Shown here: piece after piece, positions 51,257 to 63,587 of the stretch
Layout: each line of letters begins with the position of its first letter
Position numbering within the stretch: the first letter of the stretch is position 1
Assembly (NCBI GenBank): GCA_036785375.1
Contig: JAWMAR010000009.1
Location: 15,686,001-15,750,000, forward strand
Direction: 5' to 3'
DNA: 64,000 nucleotides
DNA from: Leucoraja ocellata
Taxonomy: Eukaryota
The notes under the pieces: model-generated
Databases searched by the model: none
What the model was told of the DNA's origin: nothing
What the model saw: only the letters and a program-made list of their open reading frames with translations
Program-made: the position numbers and the translations under genes

Positions 51257-53077
51257 ATCATGGCTGATCATCTAAAATCAGTACCCAGTTCCGGCTTTCC
51301 CCCTTTCCTTTAGCCCTGGGAGCGATATCTAACTCTTGAAAACATCCAGTGAATTGGCCTCCGCTGCCTTCTGTGGCAGAGAATTCCACAGATTCACAAC
51401 TCTCTGGGTGAAAACGTTTTTTATACAAAAGGACACAAAGTGCTGGGGTAACTCAGCGGGACGGACAGCACCTCTGGAGAATGTAGATGGGTGAAGAAGG
51501 GTCCCTACCCAAGTCTGAAGAAGGGTCCCGACTGGAAACGTCACCTACCCACGCTCTCCAGGGATGCTGCCTGGCCCGCTGAGTCAACCAGCACTTTGCG
51601 TCCCTTGGCATAGTTTATAGCTTATGTATTGCTGCCTAAAAGCTGGTCTATGGCTGCACTACTGATGGAAATGCAGCAGCTTCACAGTGCCCCGAAACAA
51701 GATGTGCCTCATTGTCGGGGGAATTAGTGGCATTGAGCGCGGCGGGGTTTTTTTTCACATTATGTTGGGCACAGCCTGCATCGTAGCTCAATGGGATAAT
51801 TTTTATGCAAAAAGGATGGTGCCAGTTTATGGCTTTCTTCTCCAGTGTGAAATGAGTCCTCCCGATAGTAAAGGGATATTGCTTTTTGATCGATGTCCTC
51901 TGCCATTTAATTCCTCCAAGTTGCCAAATTAGTGAAATAGCAATAACCTGGTGTCTGGCATGTACTTCGTTACAGGCCGACCTTTTATCCAGGCTTAACA
52001 ACCTCCGGTGTCTTCCTCAAGACAGCAGAGGCGTTTGGCCAGCCAGCTTCAGCTCCCCACAAGCCTGTAACAATTTAAACCAACTGACACTCAGCCTCTG
52101 CGGAATATTAAAAAAAAATGAAATGGCAAAAAGGTTATTTGCTTAAGAGGAATTACTGTATTAGTACAAGATGATAGATCTCTCTGTAGAGTTTTACCCT
52201 TAAAGATATAAGATCGGGCTCTGCTCATTATCGGTCAATTTAATTTGATCTTTGCGATGATTGACGACATGGTACAGCTGCAATTTTCTCTTCCTAAATT
52301 TTCCGTTCTATTTTTTTTTTTTCCCCCTTTCCCTACCCTGTTATTGAATTCACACAGCAGACATGAGTGATTATACGCACAGTCTAATAGATTAGTAATG
52401 AGCTCATTCCTTTGTGAATCACGCTGCACAGCTTTGGGTACTGGCTGTCGTTTTTCAGTTACAATAATAATTAGATGTCGGAGACATTACAGCAGGTTTG
52501 CCTCCCCGTTCCATTGTGTTTTCCCATTCCCGGACCTCCCATTGACCGCCCTTCGAGATTAATTGTCCTTTCACTTGAGCCCCATTTTCTCAGCGGCTTC
52601 CTGGTGATGCTCCTGCCACCAAAGGCATATTTAGCCGTGGGGGAATTGAGCTCCCTGCCTGCCTTTGGCAGCCGGAACTCAACGTTTTGTGGGTCCCAGG
52701 TCAGTGTAAGTCAGGGGTCTATGCACAGCTGAAGCCTACAATAAGCCTGTGATGGCAAGCATCCAAAAAAAGGGGTACTCCCAGTTCTTTGGCAGCAGCG
52801 CTGTTTTACAACTAAGTCAGTTGGGTTTTATTAATTAGAATTCCCTCTGGTAGGTTTGGAATTAAATTCCATGTGCTTGTCCATTTTCCTGTGCCTTTCT
52901 CCAAGGCTCTCAATGAATGCTGTCTTGTGGCCTTCAAACTAATGTGCTTCACTTTGACGTGTTCAAACCACGTTTTGTATTCAGCATTCAGCGTGGCTTC
53001 CAGCTTGATTAAATATTTTAAATCGTAATATTTCTTCACCCTCTCCTGCACCTTTTCCTGGAGTCTCCTCATACACT

Positions 53078-53365
53078 TGCACAGTGGTGCAGCGGTAGAG
53101 CTGCTGCCTCACAGCACCAGAGACCCAGGTTCGATTCTGACCACGGGTGCTGCCTGTACAGAGCTTGTCCATTCTCCCGGTGACCGCTTTGGTTTTTGTC
53201 GGGTGCTCCGGTTTCCTCCCACATTCCAAAGACGTGCAGGTTTGTAGGTTAATTGGCTTCTGTAAATTGCCCCTGGTGTGTAGGGCATAGAACAAGTGTA
53301 CCGGTGATCGATGGTTGGCATGGACTTGGTGCCGGAAGGGCCTGCTTCCACGCTGTATCTCTAAG
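53078..53365 (+). mobile_element. V-SINE
   Basis: Family match. Confidence 0.8.
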
Positions 53366-54122
53366 CTATAAGTTGTCCGTTTGCAAGAGGCGAGTGAGTG
53401 ACCTAATTCTAAGCTCACATCACGGCTCTCATTAGCCTTGGATGTTACAACGCCTTGGATATGTTCAGATCTGAATTAATGGCGAGTCTCACAAAACTGG
53501 AACCAGCATTTTAACGCATCAAAGATAGGCACAAAATGCTGAGTAACTCAGCGGGTCAGGCAGCATCTCTGGAGAAAAAGAATAGGTGGCATCTTTTCTC
53601 CAGAGATGCTGCCTGACCCGCTGAGATACTCCAGCATTTTGTGTCTATATTCGGTATAAACCAGCATCTGCAGTTCCTTCCTACACATTTTAACTCATGA
53701 GAGGTGAACAAAATAACGAGAGGAATAGATCGAGTGGGGGAATCGAGAACCAGAGGACATAGGTTTAAGATGAGGGGGAAAGATTGAATAGGAACCCGGG
53801 GAGTAACTTTTTCACACAAAAGGTGGTAGGTGTATGGAACGAGCTGCCGGAGGAGGTAGTTGAGGCAGGTACTATTGCAATATTTAAGAAACGTTTAGAC
53901 AGATACATGGATAGGACAGGTTTAGAGAGATATATGGGCCAAATGCAGGCAGGTGGGACTAGTGTAGATGGGACATGTTGGGCGATGCGGGCACGTTGGG
54001 CCGATGGGCCTGTTTCCACGCTGTAAAAATGTATGGCTTTCTCAACTTGAAATGAAAAATCCTGAACGAGGATATCTTGGCTCCTTAACCAACAAGCTAT
54101 TTGTCTTTCTGTCACGTTTCAG

Positions 54123-54283
54123 CTGTGCGAAACGACAGGAACAAGAAGAAGAAGGAGACGCCCAAGCAAGAGTGTTCGGAAAGCTACACAATCACACCCG
54201 AGACGGAGGATCTAATAGAGAAAGTCCGCAAAGCCCATCAGGAAACCTTCCCCGCGCTGTGTCAGCTTGGCAAATACACTACT
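54123..54283 (+). CDS. RARA: RARA coding exon, hinge and LBD helix 1
   Basis: (T)CT GTG CGA... gives [54 protein letters not shown]. tttcag acceptor, gtaagt donor. 161 bp, phase matches the previous exon. CSESYT and FPAL match RARalpha rather than RARbeta. Confidence 0.97.
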
Positions 54284-54629
54284 GTAAGTATTGGTATTGA
54301 CCATACAGCACCAACTCGTTAACCTGAGCATCAACGTTAAACAGATTTTATTTACTTCCGTGACCTAAGGACCGATATTAAACATGCTATGTCGGGCAGC
54401 AGTACTGCTTTCACTGTAAGCATGACTAGCCATAGTTTCAATAGAATGTTAGTTCAATTGATGATGTATACACTAGATTTGGTCGCAAATGTGGTGCAAA
54501 AATAATAATAATAATAATGTTTATTTATATAGCACTTTTCAACAAAACCAATATTTGAACCAAAGTGCTTTACAGAGATTGATTAAATTAATTGAACAGA
54601 TCAAATGTATGCTGCATTATTGTCACTAA

Positions 54630-55242
54630 AGGGCCTGTCCCATTCGCGCTCCATTTATGCGACCTGCTAGCGTGTGGGTAGCGCGGGACGGGCACATGGA
54701 GTTGCGTGGAGGAGTGTGGACTTTGTCCTGAACTAAATCTTCGCGCGCCACCGGCCTGTCGCGTAACTGACGGCCAAAGTGGGACAGGCCCAAGACCCTG
54801 GCGGGACGCAACGTCTCGCCTCCAACAGCAGCAGAAGCAGGGGCAAACGATCGCCGAACTCGGCCTGGGGCTCATGAACATTGCCGATCCGGATCCGCTC
54901 CCACTCCTACTCCCAGAGCGAGGCCAAGACGATTGGAGATAGACACAAAATGCAGGAGTAACTCGGTGGGACCGGCAGCATCTCTGGAGAGAAGCAATGG
55001 GTGACGTTTCGGGTCAAGACCCTTCTTCAGACTGAAGAAGAGTCTCGACCCGAAACATCATCCATCGCTTCTCTCCAGAGATGCTGCCGGTCCCGCTGAG
55101 TTACTCCTGCATTTTGTGTCCATCTTCAAATGTTGTCACATGCTCCAGGCGGCTGTGCGGGCGCAGGAGGACGTGCGCAACCGTCGCGCGTCAGTCACTA
55201 CCGGCCTGTTGCGTAAATGACGGCCCAAGTGGGACAGGCCCT
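54630..55242. mobile_element. PIF/Harbinger MITE containing a Penelope fold-back (54936-55127)
   Basis: AGGGCCTGTCCCA ... TGGGACAGGCCCT, flanked by taa/tta. Confidence 0.8.
55000..55034 (-). ncRNA. Minimal hammerhead-ribozyme-like motif of the Penelope pLTR
   Basis: cagt CUGAAGA a GGGU-CUUG-ACCC GAAAC GUC acc: core boxes, 4-bp stem II and palindromic loop-less stem III. Stem I is only 2 bp. Confidence 0.55.
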
Positions 55243-56077
55243 TTAAAGAGGCACAACTTCTGCTTTCAAGATAAGTGGCAGTCTCCTGCATAATGGCAGT
55301 ATGGGGTACAAAAATCTGCCCTTACAGAATTCACAAGCAACTACCAAAATGTCAGATACAGAATTTTAAAAAATTCTTGTGGAATTTATGTGAAAATAAG
55401 CGAATAAATATGGGGTCTTCAACTTGCGTTTCTTGCTGCTTGTTGCTTCGCATTTAGGAATTATTTTCTATGAATGCAACTCTTCTCCACCCTCCATCCC
55501 CGAATGGTAACGTGTGGCGTGGGTGCCTGTGTTGGTATAATGGTGTGTGTGCGCAAAGCAAGTGCATTAGTTAAATCATTTCACAATGTTATGACCAACG
55601 AGACCATGATCTGAAGCAGACGGTCCCAGTGGGTTTTCAGCCGAGCGTATCACCACCCAGTGTCATATTCACATGAGAACAGTGGACGCTCTGTGCACGG
55701 CACAGATGATGGTTTGGCATGAAGAGACACAGCGTTATGTTCGTTGCCTGGAAGAGGGGAGGGGTCTCGGCAGGTGAAGGTGAGTAAGAAGTGCGGCCAT
55801 CTCCAGCCGTTCCACCTGATAGAGTTCCATTCACAGCAGATGCAGAGGCAGTATTGAGCTGAAAAAACAACTCTGTCGTTGGTGGATGCCCCCCTTTGTG
55901 TGGCCAGGTGCAGAAGAGGCTAATGAAAAGAACAGCACAAAAAAAAATGTTCTGCCGAATTAATAAGAACTCAGCCCATCCACGCTACATTAGACATCAG
56001 AATCTAATGAATTAGTTCTAGAATGGAGGATTAAGTAACTACCGTGAGTGTTTTCTGTTTGATTTGGACGATGTATG

Positions 56078-56380
56078 GACGGCGTTGAGATAGAGTTGCT
56101 GCTTTACAGCGCCAGAGAGCCAGGTTCGATCCTGACTACGGGTGCTGTCTGTACGGAGATTGTACCTTCTCCCCGTGACCTGCGTGAGTTTTTTCCAAGA
56201 TCTCCGCTTTCCTCCCGCACTCCAAAGCCGTGCAGGTTTATAGGTTAATTGGCTTGGGTATAATTGTAAATTGTCCCTCGTGTGTGTAGGATAGTGTTAG
56301 TGTGCGGCGAGCACTGGTCGGCGTGGACTCGGAGGGACAAAGGGCTTGTTTCCACGCTGTATGTCTAAACGAAACTGAAC
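56078..56380 (+). mobile_element. V-SINE
   Basis: Family match. Confidence 0.8.
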
Positions 56381-56529
56381 GGCCTGTCCCACTTGGACGT
56401 CATTTGCGTGTCATTTACGCGACATCATTTACGCGTCACGACGCGCACGTGGTGGCGTAGGCAGTGACGCACGGTTGCGCGCGGCACCCCAGGATTTTGG
56501 GATTCACCTGCGTGAATGGGACAGGCACT
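56381..56529. mobile_element. Short Harbinger-type MITE
   Basis: ggcctgtcccactt ... tgggacaggcact taa. A right half-element ends aagtgggacaggccct taa at about 43618. Confidence 0.65.
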
Positions 56530-56779
56530 TAATACAGCAGGTATAGATGAGAAAGTCACCTGTGCAAACGCAAATTGCAGGCTGTGATCAATCTGCCAAC
56601 CATGGGCTTGTAATGCAACTATTGCAATAGACAGACAAAGGCGTGGTCATACAAAGAACAAGTAGGCAGTTAACAGAAGAAGCTCATGTGAGGACTTTGT
56701 TTTAGATATCAATTTATTCGGCACATTTTACAGTTAAATCTGCCAGGAACTGAGTCCTTTGAGCAATCTTTGTGAAGTA

Positions 56780-57872
56780 CAAGTTCAAGTTCAAGTGAGT
56801 TTATTGTCGTGTCCCTGATAGGACAATGAAATTCTTGCTTTGCTTCACACACACTGAACATAGTAGGCATTTACTACAGAACAGATCAGTGTGTCCATAT
56901 ACCATAAAATAAATATATACACACATGAATAAATAAACTGATAAAGTGCAAATAACAGATAATGGGTTATTAATAATCAGAGTTTTGTCCGAGCCAGGTT
57001 TAATAGCCTGATGGCTGTGGGGAAGTAGCTAGTCCTGAACCTGGTTGTTGCAGTCTTCAGGCTCCTGTACCTTCTACCTGAAGGTAGCAGGGAGATGAGT
57101 GTGTGGTCAGGATGGTGTGGATCTTTGATGATACTGCCAGCCTTTTTGAGGCAGCGACTGCGATAAATCCCCTCGATGGAAGGAAGGTCGGAGCCGATGA
57201 TGGACTGGGCAGTGTTTACTACTTTTTGTAGTCTTTTCCTCTCCAGGGTGCTCAAGTTGCCGAACCAAGCCACGATGCAACCAGTCAGTATGCTCTCTAC
57301 TATGCACCTGTAGAAGTTAGACAGAGTCCTCCTTGACAAACTGACTCTCCGTAATCTTCTCAGGAAGTAGAGGCGCTGATGAGCTTTCTTGATAATTGCA
57401 TTAGTGTTCTCGGACCAGGAAAGATCTTCAGAGATGTGCACGCCCAGGAATTTGAAGCTCTTGACCCTTTCAACCATTTGATATAAACGGGGCTGTGGGT
57501 CCCCATCCTACTCCTTCCAAAGTCCACAATCAGTTCCATGGTTTTGCTGGTGTTGAGGGCCAGGTTATTGTGCTGGCACCATATGGACAGTTGCTCAATC
57601 TCTCTTCTATACTCCGACTCATCCCCATCAGTGATACGTCCCACAACAGTGGTGCCGTCAGCGAACTTGATGATGGAGTTCGCATTGTGACCGGCTATGC
57701 AGTCATGAGTATAGAGTGAGTACACCAGGGAGCTGAGCACGCAGCCTTGAGGTGCTCCCGTGCTGATTGCTATCGAGGCTGACACATTTCCACCAATACG
57801 AACAGACTGTGAATGAGGATCCAATTGCAGAGGGATGCGCAGAGAACCAGTTCTGCGAGTTTGGTAACTAGT
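56780..57872 (-). mobile_element. Rex1/Babar-clade LINE, 5'-truncated
   Basis: STGAPQGCVLS, KFADGTTVVG, KKAHQRLYFLRRL, LPSGRRYRS. (TTGAAC)n tail. Confidence 0.9.
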
Positions 57873-57944
57873 TGATCTTCACTTACAGTCCAGTTCCACA
57901 ACTTCAAAGATTTCTCCAGCAGTTTACTTTTTGCTCTAGACGTA

Positions 57945-58490
57945 CCATTATTGGCCCCATATCTGAGGAAGCATTCGCTGCCGTTGGTGAGGATCCAGAG
58001 GAAGTTTACTAGAATGATCCCAGGGATGATTGGGTTAATTTCTGAGGAGCTTTTGATGGCTCTGGGCCTGTACTTGCTGGAGATTAGAAGGATGAAGGGA
58101 TGACCTCATTGAAACCTAGCAAATCATGAAAGACCTGGAGAGAGTGGATGTGGAGTGGATGTTTCCAGTAGTGGGAGAGTGTAGGACCAGAGGGCACAGT
58201 TCAGAATAAAAGGACGTGCCTTTAGAATGGAGATGAGGAGGAATTTCTTTAGCCAGAGGGTGGTGAATCTGTGGAATTCATTGCCACAGATGGCTGTGGG
58301 GGCCAAATCATTGTGTGTTTTTAAAGTAGAGATTGATGGGTTCTTGTTCAGTAAGGTTGTGAAAGGTTATGGGCAGAGGGCAGGTGAATGGGGTTGAGCG
58401 GGGAGAAATAGATCAGCCATGATGGAATGGCGGAGCAGAGTCGATGGCCCGAATGGCCTAATTCTTCTCCTATGTCGTGTGATCCTATGG
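57945..58490 (+). mobile_element. CR1 3' fragment
   Basis: ORF2 C-terminal motifs and 3' UTR. Confidence 0.85.
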
Positions 58491-59231
58491 TTAAAACTGA
58501 TGCTCTATTTTGCTTGCCGTAAAATGTACATCGTGTTCTGCAATAAATGAAGGATCCCGTTGAATGTGCCAGTTTTGGGAGTCTTCAGCAAGATGCTCTT
58601 TCTCTTAAATCCACCCCAAAATTGTGGCTTGGAATACAATGTTCCACCATGTAATCAGTCATCTGAAATTTATCTCGCCAATTGTTTTAGCGAATTTACA
58701 CCATTCCAAGGAAATTTGAATGAAATGAAATTACTTCTGGAGAAATTGTGAATCAGCCGCATGTTAATTATTCATCCACAAAGGGCCTGTGGTAGAATCT
58801 CAAAGGCCATTTTTCCTCAGAATGTTAATGGGGAATTGTGGCAGCTCAAATTAATTTTAAACACTGGTAATTATTGGAGTTTTATTAAATTGTCAATTGT
58901 TGGAAATATTATAATGCAGTCGTGACAGTATAAATTTAGACAATATATTGTTAATTGTAATGAGTTGTCATATCTTGGGTGTGATGTTTTGCTTAAGGGG
59001 TGACGGCTCTAAGCTTTACCAACTTACCTGGGTAGAGATTCCAAGCACAGGCAGGGATACGTTCATAAGGGATAGGAGCAGAATTAGGCCATTCGGCCCA
59101 TCAAGCCTACTCCGCCATTCAATCATGACTGATCTATCTCTCCCTCTCAACCCCATTCTCCTGCCTTCTCCCCATAACCCCAGACACCCGTACTAATCGA
59201 GAATCTATTTGTCTCTGCCTTAAAAATATCC

Positions 59232-61200
59232 ATCAACTCCATTGATCCGCTTCAACTGTTAGGATAGAGAATTAGCTTCTTGGAAGGAAGCAGAGGGTGA
59301 CGGTGGAAGATTGATTTTCGGACTGGAGGCCTGTGATCAGCGGTGTGCCTCTGGGGTTGTTGCTGGGTCCATTGCTGTTTGTGGTTTATATCAACCATTT
59401 GGATGGGAATGCAGAAGGCATGACGAGTACATTTGCAGATGACAGTAAACTGGGTGGTATCATAGATAGCAGGGATGGTTATCAAAAACGACACCAAGAT
59501 CTCGATCAGTCAGGCAAGTGGGCTGCGGAATGGTTGATGGAGTTTAATGCAGATAAGTGTGAGGTGCTGAACCAGGGCAGGACCTTCACTGTGAATAGGA
59601 GGGCTCTGGGGTGCTGAGGAACAGAGGGATCTTGGAGTGCAGGTGCATAATTCCTTGCAAGTGGCGTCATAGGTAGATAGTGTGGTCAAAAAGGCTTTTG
59701 GTAAATTGCCTTCTTCAGTCAGGTTCTAAACACCAGTCTGAAAAAGGGTCTCGGCCTGAAACGTCACCCACTCTTTTTCCCCAAAGATGCTGCCTGTCCC
59801 GCTGAGTAACTCCACATTTTGTGTCTATCTTCGATTTAGACCAGCATTTGCAGTTCTTTCCTACACATATAAAGTATAGAAGTTGGGATGTTAAATTACA
59901 GCTGTACAAGACAGTGAGGCCACATTTGATGTATTCTGCACAGTTGTGGTCACCCTGCTATGGGAAGGATGTTGTTAAGCTAGATAGAATGCAGAGAAGA
60001 CTTACGATGATGTTGCCAGGACTTGATGGCCTAAGCTATCTTGATGGCCTAAGTATGCCTACCGGGATGAGGTGGAGCAGCTGACAGTGTGGTGTGAAGA
60101 AAATAACCTGCTCCTCAACACCTTAAAGACAAAGGAAGTAATAATAGACTTCAGGAAGAACAAAACGGACATGGTACCATTGACTATCAGAGGGGACTGT
60201 GTAGAGAGGGTGGTGGATTTCCGCTTCCTGGGAATCCATATTGAGGAGGACCTGACGTGGAGCGTGAACACCACTGCGCTGCTGAAAAAGGTCCAGCAGA
60301 GACTGCACTTCCTGAGGGTGCTCAGGAAGAACAACATCACTCAGAGACTGCTGCTGTCCTTTTATCGGTGCTCCATTGAGAGCATACTAACATACTGTGT
60401 ATGCGTGTGGTACACCAGCTGCACAGCGGCTCAGAGGAAAGCGCTCCAGAGGGCCATTGACAACGCCCAGAGGATTGTCGGCTGCCCTCTCCGTACCTTG
60501 GAGGACTTACACAGTTCCCGCTGCATCAAAAAATCCCAGAGTATCATAAAGGACATTTCCCACCCCGGACACTCCCTGTTTGAACTGTTGCCGTCAGGCA
60601 GACGGTACAGATCTACAAGGACAAGGACGAACAGACTAAAAAACAGTTTTTACCCCACTGCTATAAAAGCACTAAATGTAGCCGCCAAGGAACGCAGGGG
60701 CGATACAGACTAAGGGACTGTGGTACACTGTGAAATCGACAGAAGGATGGAGGGTTGGGTGTTTATGCGTGCTATTTTCGTGATATTTATTTAGTTGTTT
60801 ATCTTTTAATATTTTACCTTGTATGTATCGTTAGCTTTAGAAATGTTTGAATGGTGCACTGACTGGCTGACATTTTTAAATTTCGTTGTACATGGCTCAT
60901 GTTACAATGACAATAAAGAAACTATTCTATTCTATTCTAAGAGGGAGAGGTTGAGCAGTCTAGGACTCTATTCCTTGCAGTGCAAGAGGCTGAGGGTGAT
61001 CTTATAGTGGTGTAAAAAGATCACGAGGGGAATAGGGTGAACACACACCGATGTTTATCCAGAGTTGGGGAATCAAGAAACAGAAGACATAGGTTTAAGG
61101 TGAGAAGGGAAAGATTTAAAAGGTACCTGAGGGGAACCTTTTTCCACACAGAGGCTGATGGGTATTTGGAACTAGCTGCCTGAGGAGATAGTTGAGGCAC
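59232..61200 (+). mobile_element. CR1 RT-region fragment interrupted by a Penelope fold-back and a Rex1 insertion
   Basis: SGVPLGLLLGPLLFVVYIN...FADDSKLGG and LYKTVRPHLMYSAQLWSP motifs. Confidence 0.8.
60054..60938 (+). mobile_element. Rex1/Babar-clade LINE, young 5'-truncated copy
   Basis: Uninterrupted 213-aa frame (AYRDEVEQL...KTKEVIIDFRK...QQRLHFLR...LPSGRRYRS). aataaa + (ctatt)n tail. Confidence 0.9.
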
Positions 61201-61320
61201 CTATCTGCACTTCACGCTGCCTCGGCAAGGCCATCAGCATAATCTCTGACCAGTCAACATGGACTCCGTGGGCTGAAGGGCCTGTTTCCATGCTGTATTT
61301 TTTAATCAATAGAAGCAATT

Positions 61321-61645
61321 GGGCAGTCAGGTGGCGCAGTGGTATAGAGTTGCCGCCTTACCACGAATGCAGCGCCGGAAACCCGGGTTCGATCCCGACT
61401 GCGGGTGCCGTCTGTACAGAGTTTGCACGTTCTCCCCATGACCTCCATGGGTTTTCTCCGAGATCTTCGGTTTCCTCCCACACTCCAAAGACCTACGGGT
61501 TTGTAGGTTAATAGGCTTGGTAAATGTAAAAAAAAAATTGTCCCTAGTGGGTGTAGGATAGTGTTAATGTGCGGGGATCGCTGGTCGGCGCGGACCCGGT
61601 GGGCCGAAGGGCCTGTTTCCGCGCTGTATCTCTAAACTAAAATTA
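61321..61645 (+). mobile_element. V-SINE
   Basis: Near full length. Confidence 0.85.
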
Positions 61646-62925
61646 AAAAGGAAGGAAGGAAGACCATGCACTAGATGGTCTAGTGTGTGTACGAGGCGGG
61701 TTAATTCAGAGTAATCTTCTGTGCTTCAACCTTAATGATTACATTGTGCTTTAGCAGCAGCTGTTCCCATTTATTTTTATTCCTTAATCTTTTGTGTCAA
61801 GTGAGCGTATGCTGCAATCTTTAGCTTTCCACTCCTCCTGCCATTCTCCTGTCCTGGACTGTCATCCCTGGCGAAGGTCAGCGTGCCTTACGCATGGGAG
61901 AAACTGCTTGAAGCACTTTATTCCCTTCCTCGCACACGCTGTTACGGCCAAACCAAGCAGACAGGAGCGTTCCATTAAACCTGATCCTTAAACGATGTGG
62001 CAACTATTAGGTTCTTCTGTCCTTGATTGCATGTGCAAGGGCAGAAGTGACAGCAAAGGTTTTTTAGAGGAAGAAGAACGAACTGTGATGGAGAGAGTCG
62101 TTGGAAACGCAATGTGCTGTAAGCTTTCGTCAACTGAGAGTGGTTTTAAAGGAAAGTGACTGCCATTGCCATTCCCACCATTGTCATTGTCACCGGTACC
62201 ATTGGACTGCTTGTCAGAAAAGCTGTCATTTAATGTTAGCTCTGTTTGCTTCTGGGACTGTTTCTTCCCAGCTGTTATCAAGCAACTGAACCATCCTACC
62301 TCAACCAGAGCGCATTCCTCAACTACCTATCTACCTCCTCCGGGACCCTCGGACTATCTTTGACCAGACATGTGTAGGAAGGAACTGCAGGTGCTGGTTT
62401 AAACCGAAGATAGGCACAAGAAGCTGGAGTTACTCAGCAGGACCAGCAGCATCTCTGGAGAGAAGGAACGGGTGACGTTTTTGGTCGCGACCCTACTTCG
62501 GACTGAACAGTCTGTCCCGCTGAGTTACTCCAGCATTTTGTGTCCACCTTCGATCTATCTTCAGTTTGAAGTTTAAGGAATGGGTGACGTTCGGGTCGAG
62601 ACCCTTCTACTGAAGTGGGGTGTCGACCCGAAACGTCACCCATTCCTTCTCTCCAGAGATGCTGTCTGTCCCGCTGAGTTACTCCAGCATTTTGTGTCTG
62701 TCTTTAGAGAAGAAGATAACTAAGCCATTACCACGAAACTGGCGATTATTTACACCCATAAAGTTGGCTGTTTTGTAGTCCAAGTGTGGAAAGCACCAGG
62801 AAAGTAGATGGGAAATCTCTACCGCATTGTTTTTTGTTGAGTAAACAGGAAAAGGTATCAGCATAAACTGAGGCAGTGGGAAAGAGCATAGCACAATAGC
62901 AGTGTGCAAATGGATTTCCGTATCC

Positions 62926-63203
62926 AGTTTAGTTTAGTTTAGAGATACAGCGCGGAAACAGGCCCTTTCGACCCACCGGGTCCGTGCCGACCAGCGATCC
63001 CCGCACATTAGCGCTATCCTATACCCACTAGGGACAATTTTTACATTTACCAAGTCAATTAACCTACAGACCTGCACGTCTTTGGAGTGTGGGAGGAAAC
63101 CGAAGATCTCGGAGAAAACCCACACAGGTCACGGGGGAGAACGTACAAACTCCGTACAGACGGAACCAGTAGTCGGGATCGAACCTGGGTCTCCGGCACT
63201 GCA
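62926..63203 (-). mobile_element. V-SINE
   Basis: Family match, (gttta)n tail. Confidence 0.85.
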
Positions 63204-63410
63204 TAATTTGGAGCCTCACGACATAATTCAAAGGGGAAGGTGAGATGAGTGGAGCGCTGCATCCACTCGAGCACCAACAGGCAATGTCATATTTCAAAAT
63301 CCGGTTACATCACTTTGCCGTGCAGAACATGAAACAAAAGTGATTTTTGGAAATAATTATTTTTGGACTGTCCACCTTTCCTGTTCTAATGTAAACTGTT
63401 CCTTTTCCAG

Positions 63411-63587
63411 AATAACAGCGCGGAGAAGCGAGTAACATTAGACATCGACCTCTGGGACAAATTTAGCGAACTCTCGACTAAATGCATTATCAAGACTGTC
63501 GAGTTTGCCAAACATCTTCCTGGATTTACCACTCTAACCATTGCTGACCAAATCACCCTCCTCAAAGCTGCCTGTCTAGACATCTTG
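63411..63587 (+). CDS. RARA: RARA coding exon, LBD helices 3-5
   Basis: [59 protein letters not shown]. ttttccag acceptor, gtaagt donor, 177 bp. [11 protein letters not shown] has the RARalpha-type Ser (beta/gamma have ELATKCIIKIV). Confidence 0.97.

Noticed and set aside
32801-63587. RARB or RARG identity
   Set aside because: [23 protein letters not shown] and CSESYT are RARalpha-type residues.
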